Below are positions 17,249-25,681 of a stretch of 64,000 bases of DNA, piece after piece. The position numbers and the translations under genes were made by a program. The notes below the pieces were generated by a model. The model saw only the letters and a program-made list of their open reading frames with translations, did no database searches and was not told the DNA's origin. The first letter of the stretch is position 1. Every line of letters begins with the position of its first letter. This DNA comes from an uncultured Acidobacteriota bacterium (GTDB lineage: Bacteria; Acidobacteriota; Thermoanaerobaculia; Thermoanaerobaculales; Sulfomarinibacteraceae), in NCBI GenBank assembly GCA_963814875.1, contig CAWFFJ010000026.1, forward strand, positions 82,184-146,183, given 5' to 3'.

Positions 17249-18376
17249 ATGTCCGCTCCGGAGGTGCGCAGCCTACCGGTCGAGGACCTCGACCCCTTCC
17301 TCGACCGTCACCGATATGCAGCCTTTGCTCCGGCCCGCCTCCAGGTCGATGTGTTCCTTCGCGAAATCCTGCTCAAAGCCAATGATTTCGTTCCGTCAGC
17401 CGCGGGGTCGATTCTGCTCGATCGTCCGAGCGAGCGCGGGCTGACGCCTTCCGAAACTCCGCTCTACTTCGCCGCCACCTTTGGTCCGGCGGGGCCGGAT
17501 CTGCTCGGAAAGAGCCTGGCGGCGGACTGCGGCGTGGTCGGTCGCGTCTATCGCACCGGCGAGCCCTACCTGATGGACGACCCAGACCGGGACCCGAACT
17601 TCTACACCTACTTCGATGAGAGCCAGGGCTTCACGACTACCACACTGATCGCGGTGCCGATTCGGATCGAGCGCACGGTCTGCGGTGTGCTCGAGCTGGT
17701 CAACCGCGCCGACGGCCAGGCCTACACCACGCGGGACCTCGCCCTGCTGGAGATCTTCGCGCGCTACACCTCGGTTTCCATCGAGAACCTGCTCGATGCC
17801 CAACGGGCGGCTGAGATGGCCCGTCGAGACGATCTCACGGGTCTGTACAACGATCGCTTCTTCAACCACCGTTTGACCGAAGAGCTGGTCCGCGCGGACG
17901 TGACCTCGTCCTCGGTCGCGCTCCTGTTCCTTGACCTCGACGACTTCAAGAGCGTCAATGATACCCATGGCCACCTCGCCGGGTCACAGGTCCTCAAGGA
18001 GTTTGGCCTGCTCCTGCGCCAGGTCGTGCCGCAAGACTTCGGCGTCTCGGCCCGCTACGGCGGCGACGAGTTCGTCGTGATCCTCCCCGACCACGACTTG
18101 GTCGCCGCACTCGCAGTTGCGGACAACGTGAGCAAGGCACTCGCCGCGGCCCGGTTCCTGCGCGGGAGCTTCTCTTGGGCGGACGGCCCGGTCCACTGGC
18201 AACGCGCCCTGACCTGCTCGATCGGGGTCGCCGTGTATCCCGATCACGTCGGACGGGACGGCACCACCGATCAGCGCAAGAACATGCTTCTCCGAGAGGC
18301 GGACCAGGCCATGTACCGCGCGAAGGCGTCTGGCAAAGACCAGATCTGCGCCGCGTGTGGGGACCCTCTCGTCTGA
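17249..18376 (+). CDS. GAF-domain diguanylate cyclase (GGDEF)
   Basis: Has an N-terminal GAF-like region, then RDDLTGLYNDRFF...LLFLDLDDFKSVNDTHGHLAG...RYGGDEFVVIL. Confidence 0.9.
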   Translation: MSAPEVRSLPVEDLDPFLDRHRYAAFAPARLQVDVFLREILLKANDFVPSAAGSILLDRPSERGLTPSETPLYFAATFGPAGPDLLGKSLAADCGVVGRVYRTGEPYLMDDPDRDPNFYTYFDESQGFTTTTLIAVPIRIERTVCGVLELVNRADGQAYTTRDLALLEIFARYTSVSIENLLDAQRAAEMARRDDLTGLYNDRFFNHRLTEELVRADVTSSSVALLFLDLDDFKSVNDTHGHLAGSQVLKEFGLLLRQVVPQDFGVSARYGGDEFVVILPDHDLVAALAVADNVSKALAAARFLRGSFSWADGPVHWQRALTCSIGVAVYPDHVGRDGTTDQRKNMLLREADQAMYRAKASGKDQICAACGDPLV

Positions 18377-18387
18377 CGGACGCCGCA

Positions 18388-18403
18388 TGGTGCCAAAATG
18401 GCA
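18388..18403 (+). promoter_or_regulatory. Candidate sigma54 (-24/-12) promoter upstream of htrA
   Basis: TGGTGCCAAAATGGCA has GG and GC at the canonical 10-nt spacing of TGGCACG-N4-TTGCW. It lies about 120 nt upstream of ATG 18525. Confidence 0.25.
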
Positions 18404-18524
18404 TCTCTCTTCGTGAGCTCATTCATTTACCGGGATGGAAATCTGGCAGGCGAATTGCTGTTGAAGGAAGTGCTCGGTCCGGGCCGCTGCGCGGCTGACG
18501 GGCCGCTGCCTCGGAGGTTTCCCA

Positions 18525-20045
18525 ATGCAGAAAGAGACCCAGCGCTTGTTCTCGCTGGCGGCCATTGTCGTGGCCGCCGTCCTTTTCGGTATGGTCATTG
18601 CCGGCGGCCTCGACATGACGCCGCGGGCGGTGGCGGATCGTTCTGAAGCGAATGCGTCGTCGGCTCCGGCGGCCGTCGCCTCGACCCCGTCCGGGACCTT
18701 CGCCGCGCCGGACTTTGCGAGCCTCGCGGAGCGCGTGGTTCCATCGGTGGTGTCGGTGTACTCCAAGGAGATCCAGCAGCCCGGCGAACGCGGTCGCGAA
18801 ATGCCGATGGACCCGTTCCACTTCTTCTTCGGGCCCCGCGGTGGTGACCAGGGCGACCAGGAGCCGACGGTGCGCCAGTCGGCCGGATCGGGCTTCTTCA
18901 TCTCCTCGTCGGGTGAGGTCCTGACCAACAACCACGTGGTGGAGGACGCTGACGAGCTCGAGATCGAGCTTGACGACGGGACCCGCTACCAGGTCACCGT
19001 GGTCGGCCGCGATCCGGCCACGGACGTCGCGCTGGTCAAGGTCGTCAAGCCGGACCGCGAGTTTCCGGTCCTGCCCCTCGGCGACTCCGATGCCACCCGC
19101 GTCGGCGAGTGGGTGATGGCGGTCGGCAACCCGCTCAACATGGACCACACGGTCACCGTCGGCGTTGTCTCCGCCAAGGGCCGTCGCCTTGGGCTGTCCA
19201 CGGACTCCTCGTTCGAAAACTACATCCAGACCGACGCCGCGATCAACTTCGGCAACTCCGGTGGGCCGCTCGTCAACCTGCGCGGCGAAGCGATCGGCAT
19301 GAACACCGCGATCAACGCCCGCGGTCAGAACCTCGGCTTTGCGGTTCCGAGCAACATTGCCAAATCGGTGCTGCCGCAGCTGCGCGAGCGCGGCAAGGTG
19401 GTGCGCGGGTACCTCGGTGTAAGTGTGGCCGCGGTCGATCAGAAGAAACAGGAGGCCTTCGGTCTGCCGAACCGTGACGGTGCCTTCGTGGAGTCGGTCC
19501 TGCCCGGCCACGCGGCCGAGAAGGCCGGGATCCAGAAGGGCGACGTCATCGTCTCCGTCGACGGGGTGAAGGTGGGCGAGACTCGCGACCTGATTGACTA
19601 CGTGTCGTCGAAGTCCCCTGACAGCAAGGTGTCGATCGTCGTCCTCCGCGACGGTAAGCAGAAGACCCTCACCGCCACGCTCGAGCAGCGTGAGATCGAG
19701 GGCGACACCGAGTCCGAGCAGGGCCAGCAGGAGGGCAATGGTGATGCCGCCGAGCGCGTCGGCATCAGCGTGATGGAGCTGACGCCCCGCCTGCGGGAGA
19801 TGTACCGCGTTGGCGACGACATCTCGGGCGTGCTCATCACCCAGGTCAAGGCGGTCTCCGCGGCTGCCGACGAGGGTCTGCTGCGCGGAGATGTGATCAC
19901 CGAGGCCGGCGGCGAGCCGGTGCACACTCCGGAGGAGCTGTTCGCCCAGATCAACAAGGTCGCCAAGGGCGAGTACCTCAAGCTCTACGTCTATCGGCCG
20001 CGCGCCGACAGCTCGTTCTTCGCCCTGTTGAAGCTCGACAAGTAA
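18525..20045 (+). CDS. htrA: HtrA/DegP-family periplasmic serine protease with two PDZ domains
   Basis: Contains GSGFFISSSGEVLTNNHVV, the catalytic GNSGGPLVNLRGEAIGMNTAI, and two PDZ-like segments. GGAGG lies 8 nt upstream of the start. Confidence 0.9.
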   Translation: MQKETQRLFSLAAIVVAAVLFGMVIAGGLDMTPRAVADRSEANASSAPAAVASTPSGTFAAPDFASLAERVVPSVVSVYSKEIQQPGERGREMPMDPFHFFFGPRGGDQGDQEPTVRQSAGSGFFISSSGEVLTNNHVVEDADELEIELDDGTRYQVTVVGRDPATDVALVKVVKPDREFPVLPLGDSDATRVGEWVMAVGNPLNMDHTVTVGVVSAKGRRLGLSTDSSFENYIQTDAAINFGNSGGPLVNLRGEAIGMNTAINARGQNLGFAVPSNIAKSVLPQLRERGKVVRGYLGVSVAAVDQKKQEAFGLPNRDGAFVESVLPGHAAEKAGIQKGDVIVSVDGVKVGETRDLIDYVSSKSPDSKVSIVVLRDGKQKTLTATLEQREIEGDTESEQGQQEGNGDAAERVGISVMELTPRLREMYRVGDDISGVLITQVKAVSAAADEGLLRGDVITEAGGEPVHTPEELFAQINKVAKGEYLKLYVYRPRADSSFFALLKLDK

Positions 20046-20072
20046 CGTCGTCCCGAGCGACGTGGAACCGTC

Positions 20073-20100
20073 GGGGCGCGCCGAAAGGCGCGCCCCGTTT
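20073..20100. terminator. Intrinsic terminator hairpin between the convergent htrA and DUF3467 genes
   Basis: GGGGCGCGCC-GAAA-GGCGCGCCCC is a perfect 10-bp stem, followed by GTTT. Confidence 0.65.
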
Positions 20101-20171
20101 CGATGAGTGCGCCAGTCAGACCGGTTGCGACCGGGGAGGGAAACCGAGTTGGGAAGATGATGACGGTTGGG

Positions 20172-20477
20172 TCAATTCGCGGTTCCAGGGGGTGCGGGAG
20201 TCGTCGGGCCGGCCGGGGGTTCGCCGATCGCGCCATACGTCTTCTCGTACATCTGGAGGTTGTGGCCGAGGGCGCGCAGCAGCTGCTTCGCCTGGAACGG
20301 GCTCATGATCAGGCGTGCCACCACGGGGATGTCGGAACGCCCCGGAAGGGTACGGCCGAAGTCGAGCAGCACCTCGGTGTAATTGTGGGCGATGCTGACG
20401 AAGTTGGCGTACTGGCCGAGAGCGATCTCGGGGCTGACCGAGAGCTTCGGAGCGGCGGCTCCCTTGACGTCGTCCAT
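20172..20477 (-). CDS. DUF3467-family small protein
   Basis: 101 aa. EIALGQYANFVSIAHNYTEVLLDFGRTLPG...ARLIMSPFQAKQLLRAL matches the DUF3467 pattern. GGAGG lies 6 nt upstream of the start. Confidence 0.8.
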   Translation of the reverse strand: MDDVKGAAAPKLSVSPEIALGQYANFVSIAHNYTEVLLDFGRTLPGRSDIPVVARLIMSPFQAKQLLRALGHNLQMYEKTYGAIGEPPAGPTTPAPPGTAN

Positions 20478-20495
20478 GGTGGGCCTCCAGCCGCC

Positions 20496-20501
20496 ATTCT
20501 A
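20496..20501 (-). promoter_or_regulatory. Candidate -10 box (TAGAAT) for the DUF3467 gene
   Basis: The minus strand reads GATAGAAT, 18 nt upstream of ATG 20477, with GGAGG in between. Confidence 0.35.
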
Positions 20502-20621
20502 TCGTCCGCGACCGCCCGCTTCGGCGCAAATCCCTTCTCACGACGTCCCGACTGCAGGCGCCCCTCCGGGCAGCGTGGTCTTACCAGGCAGGACTGCAGG
20601 CTCAGGACCCGGCCAGGGTCG

Positions 20622-21383
20622 ATGGGGCTCTATGCTAGAGTACGCGCCGTGTCGAAGTCGCGCTTGCCCCAGCTGTTGCTCGGCCTTTTCGTGCTCGCGC
20701 AAGGCGTTGCCTGGTCTGCCGACGCGACGGTTCCGGCCCCATCACAGGCCGTCGACGCACTCGAGGGCGGCGACAAGCTGCGCGCGTTGATCAACGCCGT
20801 GGTCGAGGCTCAGCGTGCTCTCACTTCGATGCGAGCCGACTTCGCTCAGACCAAGCGCAGCGAGCTCCTGCTCCAGCCCGTGACTTCACGCGGCGATTTC
20901 CTGTTCCGGGCACCCGACTCTGTCCGATGGGACTATGTTGAGCCGGACGCGATGGTGGTCCTGTTCGTGGACGGAGAGCTCACGACCTACCACCCGGACC
21001 TCCGCACCGCGCAGCGGATCACGACATCGCGGCGCCAGCGGAGGCTGCTCAACGTGCTCGCCGGGACGCAGCCGCTCGACGAGCTCACGACCCACTTCGC
21101 GGTCTCCCTCGCGGACCCGGGAGCGCCGAAACCGTACCGGTTGACGTTGACCGCGACCGACCGCCTGCTCAAGCGCAAGCTCTCCTCGGTGGTCCTCGAC
21201 ATCGACCGTACGCTGATGCTCCCAGTCGTGGTCGAGTACCACGAGGCCGACGGGGACTCGACCCGTTACGAGTTCTCGCACATCGTGCTCAACCCGCCGC
21301 TGGACGACGCCGCCTTCCGCCTCGCGCTCGAACCGGACGTGAAGGTCGAAACGGTCAACGCGTCGTCCGCCGCGGGCGAGTGA
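20622..21383 (+). CDS. LolA-like outer-membrane lipoprotein carrier family protein
   Basis: Signal peptide SKSRLPQLLLGLFVLAQGVAWSA, then LTSMRADFAQTKRSELLLQPVTSRGDFLFRAPDSVRWDY, which fits the LolA fold family. The start is ambiguous: ATG 20622, or GTG 20649, which the promoter geometry favours. Confidence 0.75.
   Translation: MGLYARVRAVSKSRLPQLLLGLFVLAQGVAWSADATVPAPSQAVDALEGGDKLRALINAVVEAQRALTSMRADFAQTKRSELLLQPVTSRGDFLFRAPDSVRWDYVEPDAMVVLFVDGELTTYHPDLRTAQRITTSRRQRRLLNVLAGTQPLDELTTHFAVSLADPGAPKPYRLTLTATDRLLKRKLSSVVLDIDRTLMLPVVVEYHEADGDSTRYEFSHIVLNPPLDDAAFRLALEPDVKVETVNASSAAGE
20633..20641 (+). promoter_or_regulatory. Candidate extended -10 (TGcTAGAGT) 7 nt before GTG 20649
   Basis: Reads TGCTAGAGT-acgcgcc-GTG. 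This would make the lolA-like/tgt/yajC/secDF transcript leaderless if GTG 20649 is the start. Confidence 0.3.
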
Positions 21384-22546
21384 TGCTGTCGTTCACCGTC
21401 ACGCTTCTCGATCCGGGCACCGACGCACGCGCGTGTGAGCTCGTCACGCCGCACGGGACGGTTCGGACGCCGGCCTTCATGCCCGTGGGCACCGCCGGAA
21501 CCGTCAAGGGCATCGCCGCCTGGGAGCTTGACCGGCTGGCGCCGGAGATGGTGCTCGCCAACACCTACCACCTGCTCTTGCGCCCTGGTGAGGAGCGTAT
21601 CGAGCGGCTCGGCGGGCTCCACAAGCTGATGGCGTGGCCGGGGCCGATCCTGACCGACTCTGGCGGCTATCAGGTCTTCTCCCTCGCCGCGCGGCGACAG
21701 GTCGACGACGACAGCGTGACCTTCCGTTCGCACATCGACGGCAGCGAGTACCGTCTCACCCCCGAAGCCGTGGTGAGCAGCCAGGCCCGGTTCGGCGTCG
21801 ACGTCGCCATGCAGCTCGACGAGTGCGTGGCATCGACGTCGTCGTTGGCCGAGGTCGCAACTTCCATGCGGCGGTCGGCGGTGTGGGCCGCGCGGACGCT
21901 CGCGGAGGCTCGCCGGATCCGGGAACGGGCGACGTGGGGTGGCGGTCTCTTCGCCATTCAGCACGGGGGCCTCGACCCAGGGCTGCGCGCCGAGTCGACC
22001 GAACGCCTCGGTTCGGAGCCGTTCGACGGGTTCGCGATCGGCGGTCTGGCGGTCGGTGAGTCTCGACAGAGTCTGCATGGGGCAGTTGCCGCCTCGGCTC
22101 CGTTGCTGCCGGCAGAGCGGCCGCGCTACCTGATGGGGGTCGGGTACCCGGAGGATCTCTTGCACGCGGTCGCCTGCGGCGTCGATCTTTTCGACTGCGT
22201 CCTGCCGACGCGTTCGGCCCGTACCGGGAAGTTGTTCACATCCCGCGGCGAGCTGGTGATCAAGCACGCTCGGTTCGCAGACGACCCCGGGCCGCTCGAT
22301 CCCGCCTGTGCGTGCCCGACCTGTCAGCGCTACTCGAGGGCGGCGTTGCGTCACCTCTTCATCTCCCGAGAGGCGACTTCGGTGGTCCTTCTCACGGTTC
22401 ACAATCTCACCTACTTCCTCAACTTGATGCGGGGCGCCCGGGAAGCTATCATGGCGGGCCGCTACAGCCGCTTCCGAGCGGCGACCGAGGCCGCCCGACT
22501 CAACGGCGCGGACGAATCCGCTCCGAGCGGGAGAGGAGACTCGTAG
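21380..22546 (+). CDS. tgt: Queuine tRNA-ribosyltransferase
   Basis: Contains TPAFMPVGTAGTVKG, LTDSGGYQVFSL and the zinc site CxCxxC (CACPTC). The start overlaps the upstream stop. Confidence 0.92.
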   Translation: MMLSFTVTLLDPGTDARACELVTPHGTVRTPAFMPVGTAGTVKGIAAWELDRLAPEMVLANTYHLLLRPGEERIERLGGLHKLMAWPGPILTDSGGYQVFSLAARRQVDDDSVTFRSHIDGSEYRLTPEAVVSSQARFGVDVAMQLDECVASTSSLAEVATSMRRSAVWAARTLAEARRIRERATWGGGLFAIQHGGLDPGLRAESTERLGSEPFDGFAIGGLAVGESRQSLHGAVAASAPLLPAERPRYLMGVGYPEDLLHAVACGVDLFDCVLPTRSARTGKLFTSRGELVIKHARFADDPGPLDPACACPTCQRYSRAALRHLFISREATSVVLLTVHNLTYFLNLMRGAREAIMAGRYSRFRAATEAARLNGADESAPSGRGDS

Positions 22547-22548
22547 GT

Positions 22549-22845
22549 ATGCAAGGTGGAGCCCAAAGCCCGATCGCGATGCTGCTGCCCTTCGTGCTCA
22601 TCTTCGCGGTGTTCTACTTCATCGTCATCCTTCCTGCGCGCAAGCAGCAGAAGAAGAAGGATGCGATGATCGCCGCGCTCAAGAAGGGTGACCGGGTCGT
22701 GACGTCGGGCGGAATCTACGGCACCGTGGCCGCCGTCGAGGACCAGTCACTGCTCCTCAAGGTGGCCGAAAACGTCAAGATCCGCATCGCGAAGAGCGCC
22801 ATCGGGGGGACCGTCGCCGGCGACGGGAGCCCGTCGGCCGAGTAG
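22549..22845 (+). CDS. yajC: Preprotein translocase subunit YajC
   Basis: Contains LLPFVLIFAVFYFIVILPARKQQKK...GDRVVTSGGIYGTV. Sits in the conserved tgt-yajC-secDF order. Confidence 0.9.
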   Translation: MQGGAQSPIAMLLPFVLIFAVFYFIVILPARKQQKKKDAMIAALKKGDRVVTSGGIYGTVAAVEDQSLLLKVAENVKIRIAKSAIGGTVAGDGSPSAE

Positions 22846-22856
22846 CGGAGGCCCTC

Positions 22857-24416
22857 GTGGACAAGAAGGTTCTGTGGCGCGTCGTGCTGATCGTGGTGGT
22901 GGTCGGGCTCGCCGCCTGGTCGCTGTACCGCAAGCCCATCAAGTACGGTCTCGATCTGTCGGGCGGCATTCACCTGGTGCTCCAGGTCAACACCGACGAC
23001 GCGATCAAGGCAGAGCTGGACGACGCCGCGCAACGGATCGTCGCCCAGGCCAAGGAGAAGGGGATCCAGCTCGGCGCAGTCGAGGTCGAGCCGTCTCAGC
23101 TGCGTTTCAAGGTCGGGGTTCCGGGAGAGTTCGACCGTGCCGCCCTGCGCGACCTTGCGGAGACATACCTGAGCGACTACCAGATTACTCAGGGCGCAGA
23201 CTCGTGGACGTTCCGTTTCCCGCCGAATCTCGAGAAGACCGTTCGTGACCAGGCGGTGCGCAAGGGTCTGGAGACGATCCGGAACCGGGTCGACCAGTTC
23301 GGCGTCTCGGAGCCGGTCATCCAGCGCCAGGGCTCCGAAGGCGACCGTATCCTGGTCCAGCTGCCCGGTGTCGACGACCCTGCCCGGGTCAAGGAGATCA
23401 TCTCGTCGACCGCCTTCCTCGAGTTCAAGGAGGTCGCCGCCGGTCCCGCCGCCGACCGTCAGAGCCTGCTCGCCGCGACCGGCGGCCAGGTTCCGCCGGA
23501 CGACGAGCTCCTCCAGGGCACCCGTCGCGGGGTCGAGGGCCAGGCCGTGGGCAAGGAGTACTACCTCCTCAAGAAGGCCTCGATCATCGCGGGTCGCGAG
23601 CTGCGCATGGCGCGGCGAAGCCAGGACGAGTACGGCCAGCCTGTCGTCCGCTTCGACCTGGTGCCGTCGGCGGCCGACAAGTTCGGCCAGTACACCGGCT
23701 CGCACGTCGGGACCTTCATGGCGATCGTCCTCGACGGTAAGGTGATGTCGGCGCCGCGGATCAACGCGCGCATCACCGACTCGGGGATCATCGAGGGCAA
23801 CTTCTCGATCCAGGAAGCCGAGGACCTCGCGCTGGTGCTGCGCGCCGGAGCCCTGCCGGCGTCGATCACCTACCTCGAGGAGCGCACGGTTGGGCCGTCG
23901 CTCGGTCGCGACTCAGTCGTCCGCGGCGTGCGCTCCGCCATCGCCGGGCTGATCATCGTGATGCTGTTCATGGTGGTCTACTACAAGAAGTCTGGGCTCA
24001 ACGCGAACGTCGCGCTGATGCTGAACCTGGTGTTGCTGCTCGGTGCGATGGCCTACTTCGGGGCCACCCTCACCCTGCCGGGTATTGCGGGCGTGATCCT
24101 GACGATCGGCATGGCGGTCGATGCCAACGTGCTCATCTTCGAACGAATCCGTGAGGAGCTCGCGGTCGGCAAGACCGTCCGCGCTGCCGTCGACACTGGC
24201 TTTTCTCGAGCATTCGGCACCATTCTGGACGCCAACCTGACCACGCTCATCGCCGCACTCTTCCTGTTCCAGTTCGGTACCGGGCCGATCAAGGGGTTCG
24301 CAGTGACGCTCAGCGTGGGCATTCTCGCCAGCGTCTTCACCGCCGTCTTCGTGTCGCGGACCCTGTACATGATCGCCCTGGGCGGCAGGGACCGGGTCGA
24401 GAGCCTGAGCGTCTGA
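22857..24416 (+). CDS. secD: Protein translocase subunit SecD
   Basis: 519 aa. Has LDLSGGIHLVLQV, a periplasmic domain, and C-terminal 6-TM RND-like motifs. Confidence 0.92.
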   Translation: MDKKVLWRVVLIVVVVGLAAWSLYRKPIKYGLDLSGGIHLVLQVNTDDAIKAELDDAAQRIVAQAKEKGIQLGAVEVEPSQLRFKVGVPGEFDRAALRDLAETYLSDYQITQGADSWTFRFPPNLEKTVRDQAVRKGLETIRNRVDQFGVSEPVIQRQGSEGDRILVQLPGVDDPARVKEIISSTAFLEFKEVAAGPAADRQSLLAATGGQVPPDDELLQGTRRGVEGQAVGKEYYLLKKASIIAGRELRMARRSQDEYGQPVVRFDLVPSAADKFGQYTGSHVGTFMAIVLDGKVMSAPRINARITDSGIIEGNFSIQEAEDLALVLRAGALPASITYLEERTVGPSLGRDSVVRGVRSAIAGLIIVMLFMVVYYKKSGLNANVALMLNLVLLLGAMAYFGATLTLPGIAGVILTIGMAVDANVLIFERIREELAVGKTVRAAVDTGFSRAFGTILDANLTTLIAALFLFQFGTGPIKGFAVTLSVGILASVFTAVFVSRTLYMIALGGRDRVESLSV

Positions 24417-24428
24417 GCGAGGTGGACC

Positions 24429-25601
24429 ATGCGCATCATCGGTGAAACCCATTTTCCGTTTCTGAGCTACCGACGGATCGCCCTCGGCCTGTCGCTGCTC
24501 GTCATCCTCGCGGGTCTCGGTTACGAGGCGTTCGGTCCCGGGCTCAACCTCGGCATCGACTTCCTCGGCGGCACCCAGGTGACGGTCAAGTTCAAGGAGG
24601 CACCGGACCTCGGCGAGCTGCGCACCTCGGTGACCGGCCTCGGCGGCGGCGAGCCCATGATCCAGCGCTTCGACGAGCCGGAGAAACACGAGGTCCTGAT
24701 CCGAGTCCAGAACCCGGCCGGGACCGAGGGCGACTTCACCAAGCCGATCCTGGACCATCTCCAGAAGACCTACAACGGCGACCTGGGCGATCATTTCGAC
24801 CTCAACACCCAGGGGTCGAAGGAGCTCACTGACATGCTCATCGCCGCCGATCCTGACAAGGTCGGCGGGGACCAGGAAGGTCGTCGCCTGCACTACAGCC
24901 CGATGGCCGACGCCGTTCTCGCCTTCCGTAAGGCCAACGGCATCTTCGACTCGGTCGACCAGGTCGACCAGGTCGAGGGTCTCTCGGACGCAGCCCGTAC
25001 GGAGTTGAAGACACGGTCCGTCGCCGGCGCCTACTCGCTGCTCGGCGCGGAGAGCGTCGGGCCCTCGGTCGGCGCGGACCTTCGTAAGAAGGCCCAGCTC
25101 GCGATCGCGTTCTCTCTGGTCGGCATGCTGGTCTACATCTGGGTGCGGTTCCAGCTCCCATATGGCATCGGCGCGGTGGTGGCATTGTTCCACGACGTGT
25201 TGATCACGCTCTCAGCGCTGTCGCTGACGCACCGCGAGATCAACCTGCCGACCATTGCCGCGTTGCTCACTCTGGTCGGATACTCGGTCAACGACACCGT
25301 CGTGGTCTTCGACCGCGTGCGCGAGAACCTCAAGCTGCACCGCGGCGAGGACCTCGAGAAGACGATGGACTTGTCGATTAACCAGACCCTCTCGCGGACC
25401 CTGATAACGTCGGGGACCACGCTGATGGTGGTGATCTGCCTCTACCTCTTCGGCGGCGACGTCATCAACACGTTCGCCTTCGTGCTCCTGGTCGGAATCA
25501 TCGTCGGAACCTACTCGTCGGTCTTCGTGGCCTCTCCGGTCGCCTTGTGGATGAGCCGCATCCTCCAGCACCGACGGGAGCGCCGCCGCGCCCGTCGCTG
25601 A
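24429..25601 (+). CDS. secF: Protein translocase subunit SecF
   Basis: 390 aa. Contains GIDFLGGTQV and GYSVNDTVVVFDRVREN. Confidence 0.92.
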   Translation: MRIIGETHFPFLSYRRIALGLSLLVILAGLGYEAFGPGLNLGIDFLGGTQVTVKFKEAPDLGELRTSVTGLGGGEPMIQRFDEPEKHEVLIRVQNPAGTEGDFTKPILDHLQKTYNGDLGDHFDLNTQGSKELTDMLIAADPDKVGGDQEGRRLHYSPMADAVLAFRKANGIFDSVDQVDQVEGLSDAARTELKTRSVAGAYSLLGAESVGPSVGADLRKKAQLAIAFSLVGMLVYIWVRFQLPYGIGAVVALFHDVLITLSALSLTHREINLPTIAALLTLVGYSVNDTVVVFDRVRENLKLHRGEDLEKTMDLSINQTLSRTLITSGTTLMVVICLYLFGGDVINTFAFVLLVGIIVGTYSSVFVASPVALWMSRILQHRRERRRARR

Positions 25602-25623
25602 AAGTCGTCTCTTCACGGTCCTT

Positions 25624-25654
25624 GCGCCGCCGCAACCGTACGGTGCGGCGGCGC
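25624..25654 (+). terminator. Hairpin terminator after secF
   Basis: Perfect 11-bp stem GCGCCGCCGCA / TGCGGCGGCGC with a 9-nt loop, followed by TTGCTT. Confidence 0.5.
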
Positions 25655-25672
25655 TTGCTTGACCGCGCCCAG

Positions 25673-25678
25673 TAGAAT
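25673..25678 (+). promoter_or_regulatory. Candidate -10 box (TAGAAT) 3 or 6 nt before the tandem ATGs of relA
   Basis: Reads CAGTAGAAT-gaa-ATG-ATG. There is no Shine-Dalgarno, so the arrangement is leaderless. Confidence 0.4.
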
Positions 25679-25681
25679 GAA

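Noticed and set aside
18399-18414. A second sigma54-like string, TGGCAT-N5-TTCGT, just downstream of the first
   Set aside because: The -12 element lacks the invariant GC at the correct spacing. Only the 18388-18403 site fits the GG-N10-GC rule.
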